This document shows, piece by piece, positions 39,547 to 54,400 of a stretch of 64,000 nucleotides of DNA (position 1 is its first letter; each line of letters opens with the position of its first letter). Below the pieces are notes generated by a model, which saw only the letters and a list, made by a program, of their open reading frames with translations, ran no database searches and was not told where the DNA came from. This DNA is from Schizochytrium sp. TIO01 (lineage: Eukaryota; Protista; Bigyra: Labyrinthulomycetes): assembly GCA_004764695.1 (NCBI GenBank), contig SMSO01000032.1, positions 6,976,483 to 7,040,482 of the forward strand, given 5' to 3'. The position numbers and the translations under genes are program-made.

Positions 39547-42500
39547 TCTCGACACGATTATTATGAACTGTTTTGGCTACTCTATAGGTTCTCTATATTT
39601 CGTTTGAGCGAGGGTATAGACGATAGGGCTCGTATGCAATCCTACGTCTTGTCAGACCAACGAGCAACCGTGTGTCTTGTGTGTTAAGTTGCTTTCGCTG
39701 CCGTACTTTTGCAGAGAGGTCTTGGCACAGCTGGTCCGAGAGAAAGGGTCTCTGGCGTTGATTGCCTTTATCCTGTTCGACTCGTAGTCTCTCTAGTTAG
39801 AAGCAATAAGAGGCTAGCTACAATAGCCTACCTTTGTCAATATTGCTCTTAGGGCTTCCTCTTAAGCTGTCTGCAGAGGCCCAGTCCAGGTTGGCTGTTA
39901 TGCTCTCTTCTTGCGTGTTGCTTTCCTCAATGACCTGCGTGCGGTTGTTTGCTGCTTAGGCGGTACTGCTCGATCAAATGCTAGTTTGCTAGCTTTGGCC
40001 AAACTCCGACCTACTTCTGGACAAAGGTCACGATATAAAGAGGAAGTAGAGAAGGCAGTTGGAGGACCTCGGTTCGCCAATCTCTCGCTTGCGTTGTTTT
40101 CGCTGTTGAGAAGGCCGGCAAGCACCCAAGTTCTGCTGCTGCGTGCTGTAGTTTCCGTCAGCGGTTGACGTGGACAGACAATGCTCTACGAGTCAGCGCA
40201 AGCAAAGGAGCACAAGCCGCGATGGACCTCGATTGATTGACGATTTCTTTCTGTTTGTTGTTTCTTCAATTCTCAAACAACAACAACAACAACAACAGCA
40301 GAATTTATTTCCTCTTCTTCTTATTTTAAAGAGACAACAATCAATCTCCAAACAAGAATTACAAAGAGAAATACTAAACAAACTCAGGTAGACCACGCAA
40401 GAAACTCAGGCTCTCGCGCGTCGCGGTCTTCTGCTGCTGCTTGCTCTGCTGGCCTCTCCGCTGTCCGGCTGGCTGCTGTCTGGCGTGTCTTGTTCTTGCC
40501 TAGGCTCTCAGCTGCTTCTGCTGCTGCTGCTGCTTGTCTGCTGTTTGTTATATTGATGCGATATATGATCAGCGGCGACTCCTGTCGCGGCGCTTGGCGT
40601 TTTGGAGAAAGGGGTTTGCCGGGAGCTTGCGGAGACGGATTTTTTTTATCGCTTCCTTTTCCCTTTTATCACATAGAGAAGAGTGCAATTGAATGACTCA
40701 CTCACTCTTTCGGGTCTCTTTCAATCAATCAACTCTAATAAGTCAGTCAGTCAGTCAATCAATCAATCACTCAAATGAGCGTAATTATGAATAAATGAAT
40801 AAACAAGTAAACAAGTATACAAACAAACAAACAAATAGACAAATGACTAAGGTCACTCCCTCCTTTTGAAATGTCTTACTAAAAGAGAGAGAAAATAAAA
40901 TAAAATATTTTTAGTTAGGAATGTATGACGAATGTTTTGAGGTTGGTTTTTTGCTTTTACAGTTCCTCCCTCGTGTTTTGATGAGCAACAGCAGTCTTCC
41001 TTTAAACCTTTGAAAAACAAAATTTATTTTTATCAATCAAAGTTAGAATCTCTGTGCAGGGGAAAATAAACATTTTTGTTAGAAAGGGGCGAAAGAACTT
41101 AGCTAGTTACTTCTTCTTCTTTTCTACTCCTCTTCTTCAACACGAAGTTACAACAGATTGATATGAGAGGCAAAAAAAGTCTTCTCTTTCATTCATCCTG
41201 TCCATTAAAAAAAAGAAAGAAAGAGAAGAAGCGCTGGCATACTATAAAAGGACAATAATAAGCAACAAGGAAAATAAATTTTGTAACCAACAAAAAAAAG
41301 AGACCTTCCAGCTCTTGCCCCACTTGATTTGATGGCGAAATAGAAAATGTCTGGATCGATCATTTTCTCCCTCGGTCTTCACTGTGCAAAGAATTATCAT
41401 TAGTATTTGAAAGATTTTGTTTTTTAAACTATCGCCACCATCGCTTCGCTTCTTCTTCGCAGGAAAGCACCATTTTATTCTTTCCTGCTGCCCTTCCTAC
41501 TTTAGGGTAAGAAATCGCTTTCATCCATTTTCTTTCCTAAAATGTTTTCTTTTTTGTATTTTAATTTATTTGAGAATATAACATAGACAGTGAAAAGGTA
41601 AAAAAAACATCAAAGCTCTTTAGCGGCCTTAGAATTAAAGGTGGGGTAGAAAGACAGACAGATACACAGTCAATTCGTCGGTGAGTAGGTCGGTCACATT
41701 GTCGATGGAGGGGACTCACTATATATGTCCAATGACAAACGGGAGACAGCACAAATCAAAGTTTGCCAAGTTATATTTGTTTAAAAGAAGTTTTTTTTTT
41801 TTCCTTCTTAACGAGACAGGAAAGAAGAAAGAAAGAAAGAAAGAAAGGAAGAGACAGACTTCTTTGCTGGTTTGCTTTGTTGGGCATGCTACGGAAAAAA
41901 CCCGTCGCTGCCCAGTTTAAAGATTCACAAGAAAGGGCGAGGAAAAAAGATAGATACATTAGCATGAGCCATGTGATTTTCTATTCTGTACGTACTTTTG
42001 AATGAGACGTCAAGCAGACGTGTTTATTGAAAGCGTAGCTTCTTCCAGGAGGAGTGTGCTTCTTATAGAGATCTCTTCGAAGTTTTACTTTTGCTTCACT
42101 CACTTCCTCATTCTTTTTCGTTGGTTCGTTCATCAGTTCATTACATCCATCATCGAAGGCACTTGTTGGAAAACGCGGAAGGGAGGAGCAACACCTGGAG
42201 AAGGGAGAGTAAAACTTCTCGTTTGGACAGTATATATATTTCTTCTAACTAATAATATATTATTCTTCTTGAAAATAAAAGGATATTTATTTTGTAGAGG
42301 TTGTTTCACGTTTGTCAACCTTTTAAAGTTAAGAAGAAAGTTTTACTTGCGTTTTTTTTAATCCTCTCGTTTAAAAAAAAAGCAACCTTCAGCATTTAAA
42401 AATTATATAAACTTTTAAAGTTATCAATAGAAATGATGAAAGTGTTTCCTACTTTCTTTGTATTTTTTCTTTGTATGTTTGTTTACGTAGTGCGTCAAGT

Positions 42501-43271
42501 AAAGCCCGCAAGTTATCAATCCACTTATCATACCAATGATCTTACCTAGTGGTGCATTCTTTCCCCTTCCTCTAAGATTAAACCCACGCTTGATTTCTTC
42601 TATCATCGGGCTCTCATCAACTGAGCACAAACAGTGCTTTTTGGCATCGTCACGATTCGCGGCGCGTTTTCCCCTTTTTTCAAGGATATTGTAATCGCGC
42701 GTTTATTCTTTCCATGCGATTTTCCCAGCACAGCAAAAAAAAGAAAAAAGAAAAGAAAAGAAAAGAAAAGAACAGAAAAGAAAAGCGTGCTGTAAAAATA
42801 TTCATCTCGATACCTACGAACCGAGAGGAAGCAGGAGGGAGAAGAGAATTGTTTTATTTTGTATGTATTATCCTGTAATTCTTCGAAAGAAAGAAAGAAA
42901 GAAAGAAAGAGAAAAAGAAAGAAAGACCGACAGGCAAAACCCACGATTAACGAGGTGGGATGGAAAGGAGAGGAGATCGACGAAAGAATGAGAGGATGAC
43001 AATAAATAACCGGTAAAAGAAAGATCCACGTCTTTGCTCGCTCGCTTTCTTGCTCGCTTGCTTGCTCGTGCCTTTTCTGCCTTCCGCTTTGTTCAGCCTG
43101 CAGCATCTTTCTTGCTCTGCCCTGCCTCGCTTCGTCTCGCCCTCCCCACGAGGCGTATGCTTTGCTCAGTCTGTCTGTCTGTCTGTTAGTAGGTGGGCCT
43201 TTCCTTCTTCCGTGGACTTTCTCGCGTCATTTGCCCTCATTTAGTCAGTGCTCGGGTGGCCAAAACAGAGG

Positions 43272-43302
<31 letters not shown>

Positions 43303-43507
43303 CCTCATCTCTTTCGTTCTCCGCGTTAAAAGATAGCCAACGAACGCACTCCCAATCAATCAACAAACAGTTCGAGTCTGCAGGTCCGCAAGTCCGCGAG
43401 CTTGCTTTCCAATCGAGAGAGAGACTGACTGATGGACTGATTGATTGATGATGTTCATCGATTGATTCTTCAGTCAATTGTGAATTGAAATGTAACGCAG
43501 AAAATCT

Positions 43508-43541
<34 letters not shown>

Positions 43542-45653
43542 TCGCCCATGTTCCTCTCAGCGACGCTCACCCGCGCAGTAAGTACATCAGCCAGGCCTGC
43601 CTCTGCACAAAGCAAGCAAGCACGCTCTGCCGCCGATCGCAGCCCCAGTTCTGCGGATCCCTCGCCGCGTAGAAGACGCTCTCGCCGAGCACTCAGTTCT
43701 GTTATCAGGCAGAACCAAACAAACAAACAGACAAACAAACAAACAGACAAACAAACAAATAAGCAAATAAAGAGTAAACAGAGAATAAACAGCCTATTTA
43801 TTATCAATGTATCACTCACTCACTCAATGAACGAACCTAACTAACTATAATTAGTTACTGCTTCGAGCACACAGACTATCAAGATCGCACTCATTAGAGT
43901 GCCTGACTGATAACACCATTCCAGCTCCACGGGGGGCCTGGAGGTAATAGACGGGTAAACGCCACGGTCAAACTGTCAAGATCAAGATCAAATCGTCAAG
44001 ATCAAGGTCAAGGTCAGCTCAAGATCAGCGCGAGATCGATCACTCATCACAAGCTCTGACGATGGGATCGTCGAAGCTGAAGACGCCCTCGAGAGCAGAG
44101 TTTCTCTTTTGGCCTGCTAGGAAGACCCTAGCAGGTCCTAGCAGCAGTGCATGCGCTAACTTTTAGTTTTTCATCAAAGAAAGCACATTTGCGGCGCATT
44201 TGCAGCGCATTTGCAGCAGTTGTCGGAACAGATAACAAGAAGGGAGCACTCTCTGCTGCCAACGCTGCTCAGAGAAGGCTGCGGAGGTGGACGCGACCAC
44301 AGCCCAAACCTTGTACCCAAATAATAATCGAGGCCACGCATGAATCGCCAAATCAGGTCGATCAGTATCCGCACCGCGGCGCCCAAATAAATAACAAAGA
44401 CCACAGAGTGATATAGAATAAATAAATAATATGCGGTCGGTCGGTTAATTTGGAAATAGACAGCGCTGTTATTATTGGGCCTCGATTTCGAGGAGCTGCT
44501 TGGAGGGACTGATGATGGATAACTAACTACTCTTGCTTCTCATCATTGATTGATCGACGGTCTCCTTCTCCGCGGACGTTCTGCATTGTGTGCCGCGCCT
44601 GTCAACGGTCGCGCGGCTCAGACCAACTATGGCCGCGTGGGCTTTCTTCGAAGCAGGCAAAGCGCAACCTTTCTTTCATTCTTTCATTCTTTCATTCTTT
44701 TAGGCTCTTTCTTTGTGAAACAGAAAGAAAGAAAGAAAGAAAGAAGGACACACACCCCGAGACATATCCACGCTCTAAACTTGTATCTACCGAAAAAGAG
44801 CACCTCGGCCGTTGGCCAGCGAGCGCTCTTGAGAATCTAATTAACCGTTCATTCATTCATTCATTCATCAATTAATTCTTCAATTCATAGATTCATTCAT
44901 CAATTCATTCACCAATTAGTTCACCAATTCATTGACAACTCAATCTAATCCTCTGTGACTCAATCAATCCATCCGCATAATGAATGTTGAAAAGCGATTG
45001 ATTTCGCAAGCGACGTGGAAACTCCGGATAACACAAGGACGATGAACCATTCGAGCAAACTTCGCACCATACCCCCAGCGCAAGCTAGTCTGCAGCTGCC
45101 GTGGCAGAGGATCTCGTCACCAAAGGGGTCAGAATGAAACTTGATGGAGCCTCCGCGTCAACCAAGCTCGATGCCGGAGGGGCGCCAATTGTCCACTCCT
45201 TTCGGCCTCTGTTCTGCTGACGTGCTTCGCCACCGCAGGCTCACTCAGTCAGTCAGTCAGTCAGTCAGTCAGTCAGCCAGTCTCTGGGCTTTGGCTTCGA
45301 AGCGCCGCTTAAGCGTGCGAAGAAGGTCGATGGAGGCAGTTCTCGCGCAGCGGGTTCACCAGAACTGGGCTCCCAAATGATGGATGATGAATGCTAAATG
45401 AAAATGAATGAATGAATGAATGAATGAATTCATGCCTGAAAAGCAGAGAGATCCAAGCCAATGAGGCACTCTGACGCTCTGCGCAGTTCATCGCAGGCGG
45501 AGGCCAAGGAGCTGCTGCTCGTGTCTGCGTGGCTGTGCAGAGGAAGAGGAGGTCTCTGAGTCCATGCTGCGAGCGCTAAGCGTCTGCGGCCTCGAGTTCT
45601 CCCGCGCTCATTGTTGTAATCGGCTGAGGTCCCAGAAACGAGCAGAAGATAGA

Positions 45654-45690
<37 letters not shown>

Positions 45691-48600
45691 TTTCTTTTTA
45701 TGTCTTTGTCAACTAGCAGGAGGTGCGTACTGCTACGTAGGCTCTGTCTAGGAACCGGAGTTTCATCGATGCACTGGTAAGCTTTGGGGTAGCTAGGTGC
45801 TACATCCAAATGTAATTCCATAGACTTGGGGCAAAGGGACTGGAGAAAGACACTCTTTGGGACTGGTCGCGGTGATGCACAGTTAAATGCATAAACACAT
45901 ACACATACGTACATACATACATACATACATACATCAGGAAAGACGTTCTTTCGTTCCTTCACTCCCTGGTGAATTAATCTATTAATTAACTATTTATTTA
46001 GTTATTTAGTTTTTGAGAGATTGCTTTATTGTTCTATTCGTTCATTTCGTGCATTCACGCCTTCACATCAGGTCAAGTCCACGTTTCCTGACTTCTTGGC
46101 TTGGCTTGGCTTGACATCAATGAATGAATGAATGAATGAATGAATGAATGAATGAATGAATGAATAAATGAATCAATGAACCAATCAAGAGCTGTCATGA
46201 TGGATTGGTTTCGTTTCTTCAAGAAACCCGCTGGCCGAGGCGGTTTTATCCGCTCCTGCTGGTCTTTGCTGCCTCAATCGCTCGCTTCTCTGTAACGACC
46301 GACCCTGGCTGGCTGGCTGGCTGGAAGGACGAATCTCAAAGAGGCCGCTCGCATCGAAGACGAGACGACAACGGGGCTCGATGGACATGAAAAGCCATGA
46401 CGGGTGGGAGTGTTCAATCTAAGATTGGCCAACATTCGGTCAAGGAAACCAGCATTTCCATGTAATATCACAGCCTGCTCCGCCAGGCTGCCACGCAAGG
46501 AGGGCGACTGCGAAGAGTTTGCTCTGATTTGATCTGATTTAATGTGATCTGACTTGACTTGACTTGATTTGATTTGATTTGATCTGACTTGATTTGATTT
46601 GGAGGAGTAATTGCAGCTCCTGCGAAGGTCATGAAAGATTTGATCTAAAAATAGATGAGTTGAGCCAACTAAACATTCGGCAGTACGAGGGGGACTAGTG
46701 ACTAATAGTAGGGCTTAGTAAGTAGGTAAGTAAGTTTGTAAGAACGTACATAATAAGGGGAGAAGGTTGAAAAGCCCCTTCCTGTGGTTTGCAAGCTTGC
46801 GGGATGCCACAACCGTTTGATCAGCCGTGCTTGTAAGTTTAGGAGGTTGTAGATTGGATGTTGGGCAGCAAGGAGGGTTGTTCTATGCATTTGCCTGGCA
46901 CCCGCAATGGAGTTTTATTTGCGAAGAAGAAGAAGAAGAAGAAGCGCCCTTTGCTTTTTTTTGTGTGTGTGTCTATCTAAAGCAAGGAAGCATTTGAAAT
47001 CGAAAGGAAGGAGGTTTTATTTCTTCTATACAGAACAAAAACAATAAGTTAAAACTTAATTAAAGAAAAGTATGAAATACATTTTTTAATGCGCAATATA
47101 TTCAAGCTAGTTTATTAAAAGAGTAAAAAAGTAAAAAAAAGAAAAAAAAAAAGGAAGAGGTTATAAAAAGTAAATATAAAAATAAAATGATAAATCAAAC
47201 CAATGACTGGGGAATCCTACTTTCTGAGTGTAAAACTAGAATATATATTGGGGTCGGGGAATAACAAGGTTGGGTTTAGATTTTCTACGCAAGAAGCGGG
47301 GCAGACTATCTGGCTGCTGGGTATCCGGCAATCTTGTTGAATCTCGTCATCAAGTCTCGTGACGGAGTGAACACAGTTCTGTAGTAGTTTTTCTTTGAAT
47401 ATACAATTTTAAAAATGAAAATTATTTGAAACAACCACTTAATTGTTGATTATTTATAAAAATAGACAAGATTGAAAAAAAGAGCAAATAAAAGGTTTTA
47501 TAAAACTAAAGTGTCGATGTATTTGCTGATCAAGTAAATAAATCTAATCCATCCATGTAAAATAAATATAACTGCAGCAGCGAAACGAGAAAAGCGCTGA
47601 CGAGGAGGCAATAAATAACAGCAAATGAAGAGGGAGGGAAGGAATGGCAAGCGCGAAACTGCGAGGTGCTATTAGCGCTAAGAGGTTACCGAAAAGCGCC
47701 ATCGAAGTTCCCATGATGAAACGAAAATGTAAAGACGAATAACTATCGAAGAGCTAAAGCTTAGACAAAGCAAAAAAAAGGTTTGGTCGGAGCTGCTGCT
47801 TTCACTGCCGAATCGTTCATTCCTTCACTCAGGTTCTTTCAATAATTTATTCTTTCTCCAATCATGCATGGGTTCATTTGTTCTCGTGGCCTTACCATTA
47901 AAAAAAAATAAACAAAATGTAACTTTTATATGGAAATAGGATTCTTAATTTAAAATATTAAAAAATAAAAAATTCCTAGTGCATCATGTAGAGTACCTGG
48001 ATTATGCATGCATGAACAAACGCGCTGTCCTCAGGGCGGGCTATATTATAGTCACAGGGATCACGATTGGCCAATCAATCTCCAGTGGATTTCACACAAT
48101 TTATCACAATTCATCTTCGAGAAGCTGCTCTCTTCTATATCTAGCCAGCCGACGATTCTTCTCCTGCAATGACGAAGTATACTAGAGCAGCCCAGATCAG
48201 ATGAGATCAAGCTCAAGATGAGATCAAGATGAGATCAAGTTCAGACTGCGGAGAAGCGAGCACAGGGCTCTTCTGCAGGAGGCCCTCGTCGATGTTAATA
48301 CAATACAGCGTGTTAATACAGAATACACAGAACAGGCAACAACGCAATCAACCAATAGGAAAGTCAAGTGGCTTCAGCTAGTCATTAAACTGACCCAGAG
48401 AAAGAAGACAGACAAGCTATGAGTTGAGGCAACAAACAAAGAGCGACGAAATGAGCGACTATCACAGTTCTTTACGCTCATGTCCGCGTTATCGTTGTTT
48501 TCGGAGACTCCCTATCTATCACCTTATCAGTAGTTAGTACAAACTTTCTCAGTCAGTCTCTTCAAATTGGCCGTCTGTCTGGTCTGTCTGTCAGTCTGTC

Positions 48601-51200
48601 TGTCTGTCTGTCTGTCTGTTCGTTTGTTCGCTTGGTTGTGTAGCTGTCTTCTTTATTATTTTTAATATATATTTTTAATTATCGCTTTGAATATCATAAA
48701 AAACAATAATAAATTTCGATCTTTCCAGTGGTTATGAACTTGAAGTATCAAGCGCAACGAATCGCCTCATCGCCGCGCCTTCTTCGCTGCTGTTTTGTGT
48801 GCGTCTGTCTTTTCTTTCGTATCAAAAATAGCGGCGGCCTTCCTCGCTCAGCGGCCTAGAAGCATAGGAACCTTCGTGTGGTTTTATTGTAGATACGTAG
48901 TCTCTGCCGCACGCGTCTTCTTCGGTTCTCGCTCTTTACCGCCGCTACGCAATCGATACGGGTAAAAAGAAAGTCTAGGTAGTAACTCTGAGTTGTGAAA
49001 TCTTTTATTCTAAAGGCAATCTGAGCTTTTGAGGGGACAGCCTACGCCGTTCTTACGGCTGGCATACGAGATAAAACAGAAGAGGAGAAAACTCTTTTCA
49101 TTTTAGCATCTACTTTTTAAATAATAATAATAAATAATAAAACAGGTGAAAAGTTTACTTTTTGAAAACACCATCTTCAAGAATAACAACAAATACATTA
49201 CATACAGCAATAAAAGGAAGAAAAGAAAGAGAGGGGAAAAGAAATCAAACTATTCTTGTTTGATTGAAGATTTTTGTGATAGGATGGATTCCCTTCAGGT
49301 ATGTTGGGAACTTATTTTTTCTTTTACTGCGGCCACGTCAGCATCATCAGCGCAGCAACCAAAGTTTTCTTCCTCCTCGGCATTATGATGTCCAGAAAAT
49401 AGACACAAAGGGAAAGTCCCAATGCGAATTAATGAATAAAGAGGACGTGTAGTACCTAGCTAGAGGGGCGAATGAATGAATGAAGGAATGAGTGATCTCC
49501 TGTACCTGTGTAGCATTCATTGTGCACTGTCGGCGTGACGACCACGTGGTACAAGTGCTGCTGTCTGTGGCTGGCTGCCCATGCAGCTCTTTCAAGAGGC
49601 AGGCAGGTACTGAGCTGGAGAGCATGCCTTCGCGCAGCTTTCGTTGCGCAAGTGCACTGCCGAAAAGAGCGAGCGGGGAAAATAAAGACCAATCGAAGGC
49701 AGCAGGGAAAGAAAGAAAGGAGGTGAGAAAGTCTTACTTACTCTAGCCAGAGAACTAAATAATTTCTAACCAAGAGGGGAATCACAGGCTTTTTTGTTTT
49801 TGTTGCCAGGTCCCGCATGATTGACTGATTGGCTGATCGATTGCTGTGATTTTACTTTTGCTTATTAATTGAACCCAAAGAAATTAACAAAGAATAAAAA
49901 GAAAAGAAAAAAGAGAATCAATGAAAATGGAAATAAAAATAAACATAAAAACTTATGTTTGGAAATGTGCGGCGATGGTTTTGCCATATTCTGTAGCTAG
50001 ATAATGAAAGCCACCAAGCAACCCATAATATATAAATGAGTTTCAAGGAGGAGGAGGAGCGCCTTTTCCTTCGCTGCGCAGAGAGGTACTAGCGTAGGCC
50101 TGAAGAAGACAGCTCTTGCCGTTCCTATTCACGGGCATTTATGAGAATCAGGCAGGTGCGCTGAGAGGCAGACAGAAAGACGGGACACGGGACCTCGTGG
50201 GAGTACTTTTAACGGGGCGTGATTCGCTTAGAGTGAGTTTCTCGTTCCTTCTATTCCCTGCCTCTTCGAACAAATGTTGTTGCTACCACCGCTCAGGTTT
50301 TTTCTTTCCTTTCCTCGTCATGACAATACTAAGCGAACTATCTATCTATTTAGTTATTTTGGAAATAAAAAACGTGATTCTGCCAACTTTGAACAACAAC
50401 AACGGTAGAATGGTTGAATTTGAAGAAGGTGCCAGAGAAAAGCAAAATAATAGGTGAAGAAGAAGCGGCACGAAACAGCAGCAAAAGATTTATCATACAT
50501 TTATTTACATATATATATGTATTGATTTACTTATTTATTCTCAAGTAAACAAGAAAGCTAATAAAGAATCCATCCAGAAAGCCCTGACGAGTTCTCTTCA
50601 CAAATTCCCCGCCCAAAGTTACCCCCAATGACCTGCATAACGGCAGTCTCACGCCAAAGTTGCCACCACGACGGGGAGTCCAGGTAAAGAGAAGATCGAG
50701 TCCTGACGGGCATAAATAAACCCTGAAGCTTCAAGCTTCATCGCGCAGCTTGCTTGCTGACCAAGGCATCCATCCATCCATTCCTTCATTTCACTCCATC
50801 GATCATTCCCCTTTCACCATTTATTTATTGATTGATTGATTCTTTGATTCATTTACTAATTCATTAATTTTATCCATTTATTTACATAGTTGAGTTGAGT
50901 TAGTTCCCCTGAAAGCTCCAAACGTAGTAGTGCTCTTCTTCTCAGATGCGGGTCTCTTCATCACAACTCGAAAGGCATCCATCCATCCATCCATCCATCC
51001 ATCCATTGAGTGCCGCTGCCAGAGAAAGCTCAGAGCCCCAGCGCACAGCGCGAAGAGGTCGCTGATCAGCCCTCGCTCGCCGCGGCACTTGCAGCTGTAG
51101 ATAGATAATGTCGTCGCCAAACGCATCTCAAACTTTGCTGCTGCTGCTACTGCTGCTGCTGCTGCTGCTGATCTGAAAAGCGATTGCTGTAGCTTCTACC

Positions 51201-51422
51201 ATTTATTTCATTCATTCATTCATTCATTCATTCATTCATTCATTCATTTGTCGATTTCATTCATTCATTCGTTCATTCGTTCATTCATTCATTCATTCAT
51301 TCATTCATTCATTCATTCATTCATTCATTCATTCATTCATTCATTCATTCATTCATTCATTTGTCGATTTCATTCATTTGTCGATTTCATTCATTGGTCG
51401 ATTTCATTCATTCATTCGTTCA
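51201..51422. repeat. Long (ATTC)n microsatellite interrupted by a recurring gtcgattt cassette
   Basis: ~220 bp of attc units, with gtcgatttcattca recurring four times (~51250, ~51363, ~51380, ~51397). Confidence 0.9.
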
Positions 51423-54400
51423 TGTCGCGCGCTGTTGTTCCAGATTGAGGGAACGGGCGATGGCCTGATTTCGCTGGCGTGCTGCCAGTGGCAAATGAAA
51501 TCCCGACTGCCGTCACGCGAGGTGTGAGCTCGCTCGAGCGGAGGTGGCGTGTGAGACAAAAGAAACCAGCGAGAACCTCTGCTGCGTGCAGCCATGGAAT
51601 CCAAATATCATCTCTCCTCCCTCTGCGTGCAGGCAGGCGGGCAGGCAGAAGCCGTCGCCGTCATCGCCGCACAGTTGAACGAACTCCTGCTGGCTATAGC
51701 TGCATTCACTTTCTTACTTGTGACTCTTTCTTTAATTAACTGATCGATTAATTTAATTGATACTGCCTTCAGCAGATCTGTTCGAGTCTCTACGCAGATA
51801 GACAAAGAAGGAAACAGCAACAGCAAAGGTTCTCCACACTGACTGATTGACTGAGTGACCGAGTGACGACTGAGTGACTACTGAGTGGGTGAGAGCATCA
51901 GTGCCATCTTATGCTGTTATTTAGCGATAGTGCTTTCTTTCTATCCTCCTCTCGGCAAATGTTCGTTCCATTGCATTCATTCGCTCGCTGCTGCTTCGCT
52001 GGCAGCCAATTAGTTAGAGGTTGCTTGCTTGATTCGTTGGTTGGTAAAGTTGGTTGACTGGTTGGTTGGTTGGTCAGTTTCCATCCGTCTTGCCACTCTT
52101 GGGAGCTCGCACCACCACGCACAATCGATGCTCGCGTCGTGCCAGCTTTGAGCGCGTTCTTTCTCGAGGCCTGCTTTTGCTTTTCTTTTGTTTGCAAGTT
52201 CAGTTGGCGTAACGGAGAGGACAGGGGGGTTCTATTCTATTTTATTCTATTCTATTCGATTCTATACTATCTCTTCCAGAGGGAACCCCGCGCCAGAGGA
52301 CAAACCCTAGAGGAACCTGCACTCCAGCACACAGAACATCGCGAAACATCGTGCTGTGTGGTGCAGAGTACATATGTGTGGGAATATTTTGCTTTGTTGA
52401 GTCGGTCGGGAATTCAAGTGCTGCATTCACTTTTACAAGAGCAGTTACTTACGAGTAGAACTTGCTCAGCAACTCTTCAAATTGGCAGGCAGGCAGACAG
52501 GCAGTCAGTCAGTACAACGCTTTTCTAAATCAATTAACCAGAAAGGCAACAACATTTATGTGCAGCATAATGTTGTCGCAGATTTCCAAGACCAGGTCAG
52601 TGTCCGGTTCGTTATTCACTTCATTGCTTTTCATCCTGAGCTTCGTGCTGACCCGACTTCTTCGCCCCTTGGAATTCTAATTCAGGGCAGAGGAAAATCC
52701 AGGTCAGGTATTGATCACAGGATAGGTCGTTCGGCACCTTGTGATTCCAGCACAATGTGCTAAAATGCTAGAGATCTATTTACTTCTAGTCGTTGATGCT
52801 GATTGAATATAACTCACAGCATACAGTGCAGCAAATTACTTGTAAACTTGTAGGATGTATCGTGGAAGCAATGGATAAACTCATCTCATTCGGTTCGCGA
52901 GGCTGTATTTTCAGGCACCATGGTAGGTTAGCAAAAGCTAATCAATCGGATGAGTTTAGCTTTCAGTATTCCGGCCCGGACCTTCAGCAACTTGATCATC
53001 ATCAATCACTTTATCTGCACAGGAATGAAGAATACTATGCGGCCATTCACTTTGAATTCTTATACCTACTACTCTGAGTCAATAGGTACAACCGCTTCTC
53101 AAGGCAGTGCCACACAATGTTGCAAGTACACAGACCTATCCAATAAGTTCTTGACCATTCACCGATGATTTCGGTGGCTTTCTAGCTATCATAAATAGTG
53201 TTATGTCAGTGCCTTATTGAGAAATTTTGGAAATTGTGCGAGGAGGAGGCTCAATGTACCGAGAAGGCATTTATGACTCCTTTTTTTCCAAGTAGTTCCT
53301 TTTCAAGTGGGTATTGAATTTCCCAAATCGCTATGCATGTCCTTAAAACGCTGCCGGGCTCTTCGAGATAGACGCAGCAGTTCTTATGCAACTAAGCTCG
53401 CGTCGTCGCCAACCCTCAAAACGAAACCAAAGATCTGTTTTCGGAATTTAGGTTTGTCGCTCTCCGCCATTATCGTGGGTCATTTAACCTGTGAAACAGC
53501 TCCGATATTAGTCTCGAGCTCACAGCTAAACAGACAGACTCTCTCTCAATCTCCTCCCCTCTCATTAAATGATTATGAAAAAAATTAACGATAAGCAACG
53601 AACCTTGTGAGGCTTCTGTGGCGGCATCGTTTTGGCCTTCTGCTCGCAATAAATACAGAATCCAGAGGAGTAATTGTTTGATGTATTTGCGAAAGTCCTC
53701 TTCGAGTCATGTAAGCGTGTCTCGTGTTTCGGCCACGCCCATCTGGTAATCTTTGCGTGTCTTTACCATCATCGCATCATGGATTGTCTTGCCGACGGGA
53801 CGAAGACCGATCTACTCGATGCGTCAACACTCGAATCTTGCAAGACTGGACTCTGCAAACTTTTTTGTAAACATGAAATAACTATTTAAAAAAAAGCTGT
53901 GTTGAATACTTGACCGAGCACTTAAAAGAAAACGCTCTCTTTCCTCCCAATGATTTTTGCAAAAATTCTACAACGTTTCGCTCTATTCTATGTTATTATA
54001 TATAACCTTTTCTTCTCTTAAAATGAACAAAGTTCAGCTAATGTGCGATCGCCTTGTCGTGACGGCCCTCAACTCTTTTTTCTTTTCTTTTTTCCCCTTT
54101 CGTTTTTCCTGGCCAACTTATTCGTTAGTGCTCCGACTGGTTTCGTTACTTCTCGATGTTCATCCTCTTTAATATGAGCATTATTACAATCATGTTTTCT
54201 TTCAATCATTTGTTGTTGTTAGCAGCAATGCTAAAACAATACGAGCGAGACTCTCAGTCAGAATCTATCTTAGTATTTTCTATTTTAAATATTTCCTCAA
54301 GTATGTAAAGTTTTTATATTAATCTTTTATGCCTTCTGTTTATTTTTAATTTAATTTTAAATAATGTTGAGGTTCTTTGTTTCTCTGCTGGATATATAGA

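Noticed and set aside
39568-39831. Possible 5'UTR intron of the MYB gene (AAG|GTAGGC ... AACAG|)
   Set aside because: The donor looks good but the acceptor lacks a polypyrimidine tract. Unsupported without transcript data.
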